A DNA stretch of 63,837 bases, counting the filler, from Lenisia limosa (Eukaryota > Protista > Breviatea), in assembly GCA_001655205.1 (NCBI GenBank). It is 13 parts of 13 records of this genome, joined end to end, with 100 filler letters (N's around TTAATTAATTAA, not from the genome) between each part and the next. Parts side by side here need not be neighbours in the genome. Positions count along the whole stretch, not along the records: positions 1 to 19,443 come from LPNZ01011652.1; 12 more parts are not named here. The stretch is one strand, 5' to 3'. The notes below the pieces were generated by a model. That model did no database searches, had not been told where the DNA came from, and worked only from the letters and a program-made list of their open reading frames with translations. How positions within the stretch are numbered: the first letter of the stretch is position 1; the number at the start of each line of letters is the position of its first letter. The position numbers and the translations under genes were made by a program. This document shows, in pieces, positions 1-12,811 of the stretch.

Positions 1-192
1 ACAGGAACTACCAAATCCTGCTGCCCCTGCCCCCCTCCCTCCCCTAGTTTAGTGTTTTACTGTTTCTATTGTTGCGTATGCAATTCTTCACCTGTACCAT
101 TCGGAACTCGCTATTCACACATTACTGGCTCCTTTTTTGGGAACTCATCACGAGGGTGGGGACAAGACTATTATCTAAGAACAAAAGGTCTG

Positions 193-3100
193 CTAAAACG
201 CATCTGGAAGTGCCACGATATGGACAGTCGTAGGTGCAAAGTTTCCTCCGCGATTGCAAATAATTGAATCGCCGAAGAGCTGAAACGTGAGGTTCGAATC
301 AAAGCGTGAAATCAAGGAGGTGGTGGAGAATGGGGTATTGAAAATTGCCCAAGGAAGTGTAACCCTTTATGTAGCATCTCTCTTTACCTTCTTGAATTCA
401 ACCGCAAGAGTGTGAGGACCTGCACCAAGTTCTCCGGTCCTAGATGGGTGAAGGAGTAGAGAGTTTTTAGTACTTCATTGAAAAACAATATACTATAATC
501 CTCATAGGTGACCTTCATTGCTTCGCTTCCAATATAATTGCCACTAACCAGGTAAAGACAATGGACATTTCAACGTTAGTGCTGGCGGAATATCCGTGAG
601 TCGTCGTAACCACAACCCCATTAACCTTATAAGATGAGGGTAAAGAAAAACTATATCCCTGTTGTATTATCGCGCATACCATAAGGTTAATCTCCACTGA
701 TGCAGCATCAACAACACTTGTTGATGATATCGTGCATTGCGCTGTGATTTGTACCTAATCTGGTGAGGAGAAAGAAGAATGACTTCTGGAGAAATTCATA
801 AATGCTTACATACATGTAGTATATTACTCTTCCAAACCCACGACGCTGTTCTTGCTGAGTGTAAAGGTTGATTCATCAAGTAAATTGGTTGCATTCACTC
901 CTGCTTCGACATAGGGGGAATACTGGGAAAACAAGGCAGTTTCAACTGAAATTGACGAAGATGAATACTGAACTTGCAAAAAGAGTTTAAAAAATCCAAA
1001 AAAAAAAAATGACACACCCCTCTCACCACCATATCTTTTCGGAATAACCAAGAAGGACTGTTGTATGTTAGAAAACACGCCAGTGGAGCTGACTGCTTTG
1101 CTTCTACACGGATTCAGTATATTTCGGGTAAAAAAATACGTGTATTATATGATCATGATATAGGTTGGTGGTTAAAACTGCGAACATGATTAAAACCGCG
1201 AACAAGCCAAAAATCGACATAAATCGCTTCAATAACACCNNNNNNNNNNNNNNNNNNNNNNNNNNNNNNNNNNNNNNNNNNNNNNNNNNNNNNNNNNNNN
1301 NNNNNNNNNNNNNNNNNNNNNNNNNNNNNNNNNNNNNNNNNNNNNNNNNNNNNNNNNNNNNNNNNNNNNNNNNNNNNNNNNNNNNNNNNNNNNNNNNNNN
1401 NNNNNNNNNNNNNNNNNNNNNNNNNNNNNNNNNNNNNNNNNNNNNNGTTTGAAACCCCCCTCTTTCAGAATAATAGCATTTTGAGCCTATTAAAGTGCCC
1501 CACTATAGAAACGCAGATTTTTAAGGAGAATTCGAATCTGACGTCCATTTTTGGAGAAAATGTAGTGGTTTTGAGGTATTTAAGTCAACTTTTGTAACGG
1601 TTTTTTCAAGAATTTTCCTTGTTCAGTCTCTATAATAGAGCCAATGGACGAAATAGACGTCTGATTAAGGTATATACTGCGTCAATAACCCATTTACCGT
1701 TCTGGAACGGCACAAAAGGTAAGAGTCAAATTCGCTTGATTTATTAACAATGGGAAATTTGCGCTCATTTTTTGCCCTATTTGTCTCGTATTCTCTACTT
1801 AAATGTCTCTAGGTTACTCAAGAGTGGAAAAAAAAATCAAATCTGATGGTGCAAGAACGTCTTCACTTTATCGCAGGGACAATTCTAGACCCATAATCAG
1901 TGTTTTTAATGTATTGCGCATGAAAAATTGAAGTACCATGAAGGTGGTATTTTGCATGTATGTTGATACCCCTGCCTATTCTTCTGAACAAAACCCTGTA
2001 TAAAGGAATGTTTCGGGCGATAATTAGCAAAAAATGCGAAAAAGGCGTAAATAAGGAGCGTATTGACTAAAAATTTGAAAGAAAAGCCTCCTTTTTGTTC
2101 GCGGTTTTAATCATGTTCGCGGTTTCAACAATACATGTATATATCCCCGTCCACAAAAATCGGTGCTTTTTGGATAAATCGGTGTTANNNNNNNNNNNNN
2201 NNNNNNNNNNNNNNNNNNNNNNNNNNNNNNNNNNNNNNNNNNNNNNNNNNNNNNNNNNNNNNNNNNNNNNNNNNNNNNNNNNNNNNNNNNNNNNNNNNNN
2301 NNNNNNNNNNNNNNNNATCAATAATTTGAAACAATACCAGATCCTCTAACCCTGGAGTGCCAAATTGTGCCCGTGATGAAGGAGTTGCCACGTCCACATT
2401 CGCCAATTCAATGTGGTTCACAGGTCCAATGTTACCAATTTGGACCTTGAATGGAAGTAATAGGTGGAACTGACAACAATGTGTTTGAATGATATTATAG
2501 GAGTGTGCATGAAAAAACCAAACAAACACCAAAGATTAATAGTATGGAATGTTTAATTTGAACTGTACAACTTGTAAACCCTCTTCATTTTGAACCATTT
2601 CACTAAATGGCAATTTTCAAACCTCATCATGACTTGACAGTAACTGTGCATCTAAATCGTGAATTGACACAAATCAGAAGTGAAAAGCATTAATACTAGC
2701 TGGCAGGAATCCAATTCAAACGCTTGATAAAAATAAATTTCTTAAAAATATGTACATATCGATATGAACACATTTAAAAACAATAGTTTTACTCATTATT
2801 CACCCTTCTTATACTCCAAAACTGTAACACAATTAACGTATCTCTCTCACACCATTTCCGTTCAGGGTCATTCTGTAGAAGCACGTAGAAAGAGCTGATC
2901 AATGAGAGACTGCAAAAAGAGCAATTCAGTGAAATATGTAGCCAATATTAATATTGTTTTAAAAAAATTGAAGTGATTCACATTAAACCCTCATACTTGA
3001 TTCAAGGTACCCTTGAATTGCAGCAACCATGACACTGTCCTCTCTGATCCGCAGGGCAGGGCTCAACTCGTCAAAGTAGTTAACAATCATGTCCTCATAT

Positions 3101-4984
3101 GCCACTGTCGATGAGTCGTATAATCAATCCAAGACAGGTTCATTTTCAATATAATATATGATATATCTTCAAACAGCCCTGGCATTCACCCCTCCTACTG
3201 GTTTGGTCTTCATCATTTCGAACTTGAACGCCCGGGGCAACGGGTACAATCACTAAGATGATGATGAATATTTCACGTAGTATTATAGACTCACACACAG
3301 TGAGCATATGCTTAATAATAAATGGCTATGTAGCGGTAGAAAAAAACCATCATGTTTATCAAAACCCATGTCATAATATTTCGGAGGGAACACATACAGT
3401 GTATAGTTGTACTATAATGAAGACAACATGTACATGTACATATTCAAAGAAAATAGAACACTATGGGGATTAGTTTCCTCAGTTAGAGAGACCATAATGA
3501 CCCACTACCCCTGCTTACAGATGGCAATGGAGCGAGTCATATTGAAATCTCCAGTGGAGATGAGAGTTGCAGACTTCCATGCAACCTTTGTTTATCAGTT
3601 AAATATATGGAGTAGAGAATAATTCAAAACAAATGTATTTAAAAAATAATTGAACAAATAATATATTTTACCTTTTGTCAGAGATAAAACAGGATGGAAA
3701 TTACGCGGTAATTTCATGCACTCGCGATAACAGATCAATTCTCTTTTCCCTCAACCAACATCAAAAACGTGATCACCATGCCTGAGAGGCACAATTGTGG
3801 TGAATGTGTTAGAACGAATCACAGACATTTTTGAATTGGACTAAATTAGTGAGGGTGTGAATTGGACTAAATTAGTGAGGGTGTGAATTGGACTAAATTA
3901 GTGTGAATAAAATTATGAACGTTTTGAACAAGAGTCATTTTAATTCCTGTGTTGGCATGAATGAAACTCTCTTGATATCATCTTGTTAAATTAATTATTT
4001 CAAATTGTAAGTTGACTCAGAGTAATCTGTTAAGCACTAGAATTCCACTCCACCAACTTTTGTTGAAGCGATAGAGTTTCCGTCCAAACGAAGTTCATAG
4101 TCAAGGGTCTCCTTGGAGGATAAAAACTGTGGGCAAAGAAATGTAATTATTCATATGTACATGCATGGTAATGCATGAAATAGAACCGAGGAAATGAGCC
4201 AATATAATATGACACATGCACATGTATCGTGGGCATACACCCAACACACCGTATTGGTAGTGACGGGGACAGCTACAGTAACAACGGCGGCAGCAGACGC
4301 ACTTTCGACAAAGACCGGGGCGTGGAGGCCNNNNNNNNNNNNNNNNNNNNNNNNNNNNNNNNNNNNNNNNNNNNNNNNNNNNNNNNNNNNNNNNNNNNNN
4401 NNNNNNNNNNNNNNNNNNNNNNNNNNNNNNNNNNNNNNNNNNNNNNNNNNNNNNNNNNNNNNNNNNNNNNNNNNNNNNNNNNNNNNNNNNCAGGCTGCCT
4501 CTCGAGAACGTTCGACATCGCCTGTCCGCCAATTGTCACTTCTAAGGCGGTCATACCGGACCGCACTTGAAGGCGGGTTGGGAAGAGAAGGAAAGTTGAT
4601 ATTGGGTACGTGAAGCAAATATGAGAAAGTATGCCCGAAGCGAGTGATTATCAATCACAGAGTGCAGAGTTCAAACAACATTTTGGACACCAAAAACATA
4701 AAGACTTGTCCCCCAACCCTCGTTAAACTCCACATTGCTGTCAATGACAAGTCCATCAGCTGTCTGCTTCCTGAACGGTCAGGACTGGGAAAAGGATGGA
4801 AAAGAAATGAGACATTGGACATTATAAACGATGAATTTTTTTTAAGAAAAAACACCACCCATCTTGGTTTGAATGTGATACTGAGAGAAGGGACCGCCCC
4901 TCTTAACCCTTCTTACACCAAAGCAAAGACTGGCGAGGCTAAGGAGATAGCAACAAGGAGAAGGAGCGACAGATGGTTGTTCAT
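193..4984 (-). CDS. Multi-exon secreted protein (paralog A), signal peptide plus repeated beta-sandwich-like segments; orphan
   Basis: ATG 4984, MNNHLSLLLLVAISLASPVFALV (signal-peptide-like), then phase-compatible GT-AG exons: VKQTADGLVIDSNVEFNE / VRSGMTALEVTIGGQAMSNVLERQP / GLHAPVFVESASAAAVVTV / FLSSKETLDYELRLDGNSIASTK / SVIRSNTFTTIVPLRHGDHVFD / VAWKSATLISTGDFNMTRSIAI ... WTGELGAGPHTLAVEFKK / LFGDSIICNRGGNFAPTTVHIVALPDAF* (TAG 193-195). Exon homology to 17816-19168 confirms coding. Confidence 0.72.
1165..2130. mobile_element. ~965-bp non-autonomous DNA transposon with terminal inverted repeats, inside an intron of paralog A
   Basis: Left tggttaaaactgcgaacatgattaaaaccgcgaacaa (~1166-1204) is the near-perfect reverse complement of ttgttcgcggttttaatcatgttcgcggtttcaaca (~2096-2130); interior non-coding, partly masked. 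Confidence 0.65.
3833..3903. repeat. 26-bp tandem repeat x~2.7 spanning a splice acceptor
   Basis: gaattggactaaattagtgagggtgt repeated; on the minus strand each unit contains aatttAG|tccaattca. Confidence 0.9.
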
Positions 4985-5392
4985 TTCGACAGATGGTCGC
5001 AGCTGCTTTTGATTCTTCCAGTTCTTCCGCTCCTCTAAAACACTAAAACTTCATTATGTAGCATGTAGAGAGTATGTAACAAAATAATAATATCATCTTG
5101 ATCACCTGAAACGTCCAAGCCCGAGCCCGCCCCCGCCCCGGNNNNNNNNNNNNNNNNNNNNNNNNNNNNNNNNNNNNNNNNNNNNNNNNNNNNNNNNNNN
5201 NNNNNNNNNNNNNNNNNNNNNNNNNNNNNNNNNNNNNNNNNNNNNNNNTTGTGTCCATCCAAAGTGGCCATTGCAGAAACACCCAAACGCCACATTACCA
5301 GGATACCAATTTCCATGTTTTAACTCTACATCCAAAACAGCTTCAGCACCATTGTGTTTTAACGCGCTGTCCTAGCGTCCAAATAAAGCGCC

Positions 5393-7372
5393 ATGCTTGA
5401 CTTCATCCCATGGCTGAAGCCTTTTCACCAGGGAACATGGTAGGAAAAGGCAATGTGCAACAGGTTACATTTTTGTGTATGGATGGTTGTGGGGAAATCT
5501 TGGAACTATTGATGAGTTTCAGTGAAAGCAAAAAAAATATTATCAAACAGCTTTGCGTTTACCTCTTTTTTTGAATGGAAAAGAATGAAACCATATCCAC
5601 CATCAGGTTTATTGAGGATAGTGTGAAAGTATATTGATTTTCCTATTCATTCACACTCCTCTTCCTCTAGGAACAGCTATAATAATAAGAGCGATTGTTC
5701 ATCGTCAACTGATGCACAATGGTGAGTAGGAGAGAACCGATACTGAATAGAAAGTGAGAAGATGAGCTAGTATAACCAATTACAAGCTATTTTAGAATAG
5801 GTAAGATTATCCATTCAAGCCATACGTCTACTACATATGAAAAATGTGTACTATGTACTTTCAGTGTGAACTATGCGAGATACTCACATATTTCTACCTC
5901 TAAGGTAATTAGGTCAATCATAGCTGCTGGGACCGCCTTTGTATACCAGCTCTCAAGCGAAAAGAAAAAGTTGGACAAGTCTGAAGGTCTGTTTACTCTC
6001 TTCCTCTCTGATTTCCCCCTTATCTAAATATGTGGTTTTGTTCTTCAGTTTTTTGTCTTTTGCTGCCCAAATAAAGATACACCTACTTTGTTGTATTTGA
6101 GTAAAAGCTGAGTCCTTACTGCAGGGTTTATTGTGTATTTTCCCCGCAAATTAATTATTTGGCTGGAGGTTTCTTGAATACAATAGATGGAAGCCTTAAT
6201 AATGTAGTGGGGAGGGTAATTGTTTAGTTAAAATTGCATCATTTTGTTATCCCTGTAGATTTTGATAGTGTTCCAAATCACGATACAATGGAACATGAAG
6301 AAACCCTCATATTTCCTTCGGGGGCACTCTCAGCTGGCTCTTCTGCTGCTATTTTATTTCACAAAGAGTGGGATTTCGTTGATTTTTGGATTGATTTTAA
6401 TCTTTCAGATCGAAAACCTGTGTGATATCAAGCGATACAAGTTTTCAAATTGAAAGAACCACAAACTTGGCTCTTTTTGCCTTACCTACACACGCAAATT
6501 CATGTATGTTTCCTTGTTCTCACTGTAGGTTGTATTGAGGGTCTTGGGGTTGGCTTGGCGTTAAAGTTGGATTCTGGCTCTGTTAATGATATCTTCGGAG
6601 CTATTTCATCGTCAGCAGTGGATCTTCAGTATGCTAAACTGTAAGCAATTTGCTCACCGTATCGCTTATAAGTCATTCAGGCCAACAACACCAGATTCCT
6701 CAACTGAAAGAGGTAGGATGAGACGGTTTATGAAATGAACTCCTTCCCCCTTATTCATTTTTCAGGAAGGTTCTACTTTGCCTTAAGTGTCTTCTGGCAG
6801 TCAGGTGAGGAGTTGCATTCGATTTGAATCACTTCTAAAATAGCGAATATTATCATGAAGTGACTTTTCTACTGTATATGGTTGAGTAATCTCGTGATGC
6901 TTACTCTTTTATTTCACACTTGTTTACATGGATTTTTTCAAAAAAAATTGAGAGCCAGAATTCAGCTTGAGTTACATATTTGTAGAAAAGGTTGCTCCCC
7001 TCGCAGTCTCTACCCAGTCCAAAAACAGTCGCAAGTTTTCTGATGGTGTGTTTTTATCACCAAGCTCAATACCCAATGACTTAAAGGTCAGCTGTCTGTT
7101 GGTGTAACATTTTAGAAAGTTGGCAAGTATAATACAAGAACATCATTAAATACCCTGTCCAAGGCTATGAAGTTGACTGAGTAAGCACAATGCAATATGG
7201 AAATTTTATTGCTTAGGGACGAAGAGCTTGATGACTATATTCCTGCAAAATTGGAGCAATTTCATAAGTGCTCATCTGACTTAACGCTCTTACTTGATGC
7301 ATTAGTTCCCCCATAAATGTCGTTGTATTGGGGAGGTTATACCGCAAGCAGGCTGCTAACGAGAAAGAATGA
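5393..7372 (+). CDS. Multi-exon hypothetical protein
   Basis: Consecutive phase-compatible exons, e.g. DFDSVPNHDTMEHEETLIFPSGALSAG / CIEGLGVGLALKLDSGSVNDIFGAISSSAVDLQYAKL / PTTPDSSTER / GRFYFALSVFWQS / EKVAPLAVSTQSKNSRKFSDG / KVGKYNTRTSLNTLSKAMKLTE / DEELDDYIPAKLEQFH. The 5' exons are not resolved; no family recognised. Confidence 0.5.
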
Positions 7373-7652
7373 AGCCCTCGTAGGATTCTCTGGATTGGGG
7401 AACGGTGATTGTTGACCAAACCTCACAGATTACGTGATGAATCGTTGGAGACATGCTAAGCATAGCATGAGATGATTCGGTCACTTAATTCTGTGGAAGA
7501 GTTCCCTTGCTCTGTCCACTCTGAATTGGATCAAAACTGAATTAATCCATTTTAAACCAGAGACCATAACAGCAACACCAGAAAATAACACCATTCAGTT
7601 GACCTCGAAAAAGTGGTTGATTGAATTGGCTATCAGAGAGCAGTAGGGGTGT

Positions 7653-10600
7653 CTAATCATTCTTCTTCTCCGCTTCTTCTTTCTGTTGTAATAATGCAGC
7701 AGAGGCTTCTTCTTCCTCACCATAAAGCCCTCGAGACCTTGGGGGGGGGGGGTGAAGGAAATAGAATAACTATTCACAAATAATGTCAATCAGAAGAGTC
7801 CAACTCACTTATCAACAGGGTACTTGAAGCGTTGGTACACGTAAATGAGAAAAACAATGTCATCTCGGAAACAAGCAATACGATAGAGAAGCGGGGTCTG
7901 CGAAGTAAAAACCGAATCATTTTTCAGCTCTCTGATTTGAGAAAGATGAACTATCTTGTAATACTAGATTCTCAACAACCAACAGGAAAAGTGTCTATTG
8001 CAGTAGTCATACATACCACCCTCAGCTTACCGGTACAATAAATGAAAACAAGTCGTCAATAAACGTCGAAAGCGTTCTGAAAGTGAGTGGATGGAAGAAA
8101 AGAGGATTGTTTGTATCTTTCTGAAAACTCCCAGATAGAGTAAGGAGAATTTTATCAGAATTCACGGGCTATCCTCCCAACCTGTAACACAGCATTTTCC
8201 AGGGCAAATGTGCAACTGAGCGCAGTTTGTAGTTAATATAAAGCTGGGGGCACATCAGGATGAAGCCTGTATTGTCAATAAAAGGGGCGTGACAGAACCA
8301 TTTTAAAAGACTGCAATATATAACAGACACAAAAACAACATTGACAAAACAAGTTGGTCAAGGGCAAAACAACCTTATAGCTATGTGCAAAATAAGCCTA
8401 GTAAACCGTACCGAAGGTGTAAATGCAGCCAACAGCTGACGACAGTACGAACGAGTACAAAGAGGTGTGGGTGTTGTAAAGGAAAGAGTAGATCGCATAG
8501 CCAATGACAATCGGATAGAGACACCATGATAAGAACCGCATGGCAACCTGAAATATGAACCCAGAATATTAAACGCAATACATACAATTCAATAAAGAAA
8601 GGAACAAATGACAGATAGCAAAACACCGGTGACTCTCACGAAAAAAAATCCAAAGGCACCACCCCTCTCACCGCATCATACTTCTTCGTTGGAGTGTCGG
8701 CGTACGTTGATTTGTCCTTGAACCACGGGAGGGTAATGCCGTTCCATGTAATCCACTGAACATGGTCAAAAGTTACTTCGAAATGGTGGAAGTTAATTTA
8801 CAAAATACAAATGGTGTGAACGGCACATATCACCACTTACAGAAATGTCCACAACTTTTCTAATTTTCCAGAACTCAATCAAACAGCCGACACCAGCAGA
8901 CAGAAGCACAAGGTAAGACGTTTCATTGTCAACAAGATAGAAGAAAATCACCTAAAGAGAAATCAAAAAAGGACAAATGACTGTGTAATATTTGATAACA
9001 GCTATCAGATTTTATAAGGTCGTTCAACTGTTTGGAGACACCTAACAATGTAAAAAGCGTCACGAGAGAAAATGAAGAAATATAAAATTAAAATATGTTG
9101 AAATAGTTTGGAATACTAAACTGTTCTCTACACATTTCTATTGTGTGAAACTACATATCGATATCATATATTAAATATATCATACATACATATATTATTA
9201 TATATATATCCCCGTCCACAAAAACCGGNNNNNNNNNNNNNNNNNNNNNNNNNNNNNNNNNNNNNNNNNNNNNNNNNNNNNNNNNNNNNNNNNNNNNNNN
9301 NNNNNNNNNNNNNNNNNNNNNNNNNNNNNNNNNNNNNNNNNNNNNNNNNNNNNNNNNNNNNNNNNNNNNNNNNNNNNNNNTGTAAATAATACATATTCTG
9401 TTGATTTGAAGCTTCCAAAGCTGGAAATTGATTGAAAAGATGAGAAACGTTCTTTCATAACACAGTATAGAGATTGTAACAAAACAAAATTGCACCAGTG
9501 CTTTGGGTTACTTTGCTGTACGAATTGATCAACTCATAATTATTCTAACTTTCCCGTTGACCAATGGAAATCAGTCCATCATCGATACTCTTTACTCGCT
9601 ACTCTGATTTCGTTGGTATCAAACGTGACTTGCTGGCAAGGATGGGTTAGACGCTCGCTGAGTCGGCAAGTGGCAACATTCCCCATGTATCGAGTTTCTT
9701 GTGAAAATGGCTAGTGGTACCGACAAGACCAATTACATTAATTCTGATGGCACATTTCTTAAAATAATTCATAGCCAATCACCAACAACCTCCATATATT
9801 TTAGAACTGTTCCCTGTCTTTTCATACGTCTATGCTACAGATGTCGGCTCATCATTCATCTTCGTATTTACAAAAAGTTATCAGATAAACAAAACCCCAT
9901 AGATACTACCTCTATAACTGGACATTTGCCACTATTAAAGAGGAGTTTGTTCCGAGGGTAAATTGGGCATACAATAAAAACAATCAACAAAAATAAATAT
10001 ATGAGAGCTGTTAAACTTGGTAAACAAAGTCTGACTTAAGAGTCAGGGGATAAATGTGTAATGTGTCTTTTTATTCTGAAGCTAGAAAACCAGGAGATGT
10101 ACACGCAATAACCACCTTACCAATTGACTGAAGGACTGGAGGAGAATTGCTCGAACAGACAAGCCTTCAAGTGTTTTCTTGTTTCTCCAGTATTGAATAT
10201 CATGCTATAATAGTCAAACTGAGTGCAGCATTTATTCATTATTTAATACCTACTTCAAAGTATAAGAAGACAGATTTAATACCTACTTCAAAGTATAAGA
10301 AGACAGGTTTCATAAAAAAAAATGAATTAAACTGTTTTGAAGCTAAGCACCAAAATAACATTATGGGCTTACCTTAAATGCCATGAAGTTGAAAACGGTA
10401 TGAAGGAGACTGACAACCATCGTCACACCAAGTAAAACGGGATTTGTGTCGGATAAAAGCCTCTTCGGTATGAAAAAAGTATGAAAATGGAAAGCACCTG
10501 CCCATCACATAAGCATACAGTCGTTCCCCTCCTTCCGCCCACCTTAAACATATCGGGGTCGGAGTCTGAGAGGCCCATTGCAGACTGCGTTTTCATTGAC

Positions 10601-12811
10601 TCACCAGTTTGCAGGATGAAGGTCCATGAGAATGCAGAAAGGTCCCGAAGACTGGATGTGAGCACCAATCATATTGCATTGAAAACATGATGATTTAGAA
10701 AGAACAATAAAAGCCGTATGAATCACAACACGACAGCTTACACGAAAAAATTGAATAACATTAAAAAGGAAAACAGAAGGAGCCACTCATACGTGATGGT
10801 GAGAGGTAACTCAACCAATGTGTCGTTAATGGGAATTTTGTGGTCCGTCAGCACCCAGAAGTCGTTCCAGTAGACAAGGGGAAGATACTCCGAACCGGAG
10901 AGTACAAGTTCTTAATAGTAAAACGGTAGAAACAATGCAAACAGTCAATAATTTTCCGTAAAAGCTTTCTGACAGCCAAAGTAAACTCCCCCACCTCGTT
11001 GAATGGACTCGGGAACCTAAATCATTACAGATGCCAAATTAAGGAAGTTAACGATCGAAAATGTTGTATTCCATCTGGTAGTTCCCAATATGGGTATGGT
11101 TTCCCAATACATAAAAGAATAAAAATAAGCTGGAAGTCAAACCGCCCCACCTGTGATTTTGGATAAACGTTGGTGTCAGTGACAACACAGAGGTCCACTG
11201 CAGGCACCCATTTAGCCATGTAAAGAGACTTGTCGACCTTATTGTAGGCATCAATCTAGTTGGGTAAAGAGACTTGTCGACCTTAGTAGGCATCAATCTA
11301 GCCATGTAAAGAGACTTGTCGACCTTATTGTAGGCATCAATCTAGCCATATAAAGAGACTTGTCGACCTTATTGTAGGCATCAATCTAGCCATGTAAAGA
11401 GACTTGTCGACCTTATTGTAGGCATCAATCTAGTTGGGCTGGGAGAATAATTGCGAGTCTTGAATCATATAGGTCTAAAATTGAATATCCATTTCTTTGG
11501 CTTTAGCATCATCACTTTCTCCCCATCCCGACCTCATCTTGGTTAGACACTTCCCCAGTGACAAGGTTCTTTACTACTTTCACTTCGGCATATGGAAGAT
11601 ACTCGGTCAAAACTAAACTCATAAGGATGATTGTTCGAGGGGGGGTGTCAAAAGAAGCAAAAAGTGTCCGTTTTTAAAACAATCAACACCATCAGGCAAA
11701 ATGATCCTATGAATGGTACAAAAAAAGCCGTGAAGCCCCTACCTACATTTGCGGTATTTGTAGGTCTTTCTAAACCGTTAGAGTTGTAGAAGTAATGACA
11801 AGGGAAAATCAATAAAATAGGAGTACGTCTGCTCACATCCCCTCATAAAGGCCATGCATAACTCCTACCAATAGACCAATTGACATGTTCAACCTTGTTT
11901 TTTTAAATCACTTNNNNNNNNNNNNNNNNNNNNNNNNNNNNNNNNNNNNNNNNNNNNNNNNNNNNNNNNNNNNNNNNNNNNNGGTAACAAAAACGTCTGC
12001 GTAAACACTAGCGTTTTGAAGGAGAGCCTAAAAGAGTCAAATGGTCAATAAATATTAATCTAATGCACCAATATATTCATGGATATCTAAATGTGTCCCT
12101 ATAAAGAGGAAATCACGTTAAATTAGATTTAATGGGATCATAAAATATAACGACTTCTATTTGGATAATGGAAGAGCATGAGAACAACATGATGGTATGA
12201 TAAAAATTACCAGCGCGTTCAGCTCACCTCTGAAACAGGAATGGTAATATTCTCAAAAACAGTATCCACAGGTCCGCTGGTGGTGGTAGCGAAGGACCTG
12301 AAGATTCAATAGCACTAGTGCGGCTGAATGTATGCAAAAAATGGTAATCAGAATAGAGCATCAATGGGTTTACTCTGAATCATCATCCTTTTCCTTTGGG
12401 AATTTCATACCTTTCCAAAATAACTTCCGCGTCGACATATCCAATTTTGAGGTCAACCAAGAGAGGAGAGTTGGGGAGACTGTAAGGGCTGTAGGCTGCA
12501 GGCATGGTTATACTCAATGTGCCTGTCACAAAATTTGCCATTTAATATTTTGATCATATTTAAAAACAGGAACGGCATAGAGACGTAATACATTGCCTAC
12601 AAGTGATCTGAACAATCTCTCCAGATGATGATTTTGTGGTTGTAGCCTTTTTTGAGCCATGTCCAAATATAATAAACTGTAAAACAAAGGCTAGGATCGC
12701 GTATTTGATGACAGTTGACCACGGTGATGTGTCATCTTCCTGGTCCTCTTGGGCAGTGTTTGCCACTTGTTCTCCTGCAACTTCATTCCCACCCATTGGT
12801 TCTGTTGTCAT
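7653..12811 (-). CDS. CLPTM1: CLPTM1-family multipass ER membrane protein (lipid scramblase family)
   Basis: Family motifs across exons: EYLPLVYWNDFW, TNPVLLGVTMVVSLLHTVFNFMAFK-HDIQYW, LEGLSVRAI, CLIEFWKI, FKDKSTYADTPTKKYD, GFILMCPQLYINYKLRSVAHLPWKML, TFIDDLFSFI, YRIACFRDDIVFLIYVYQR; stop TAG 7653-7655. Confidence 0.93.
11217..11437. repeat. ~44-bp minisatellite x5 spanning a CLPTM1 splice acceptor
   Basis: Unit gccatgtaaagagacttgtcgaccttattgtaggcatcaatcta; on the minus strand each unit carries aataAG|gtcgacaagtctctttac (VDKSLY). Confidence 0.92.

Noticed and set aside
7086-7115. GQLSVGVTF* looked like a mitochondrial beta-barrel (VDAC/Tom40) beta-signal
   Set aside because: The TAG at 7113-7115 is better read as a splice acceptor: two further phase-compatible exons (KVGKYNTR.. 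and DEELDDYIP..) follow with a canonical gtaagc donor.
7213-7419. 68-aa minus-strand ORF between convergent genes
   Set aside because: Overlaps plus-strand exons with proper splice sites; most likely an antisense shadow.
11217-11437. Direct repeats resembling a CRISPR array
   Set aside because: Units are head-to-tail with no unique spacers, lie in a eukaryotic intron, and there are no cas genes; it is a minisatellite.
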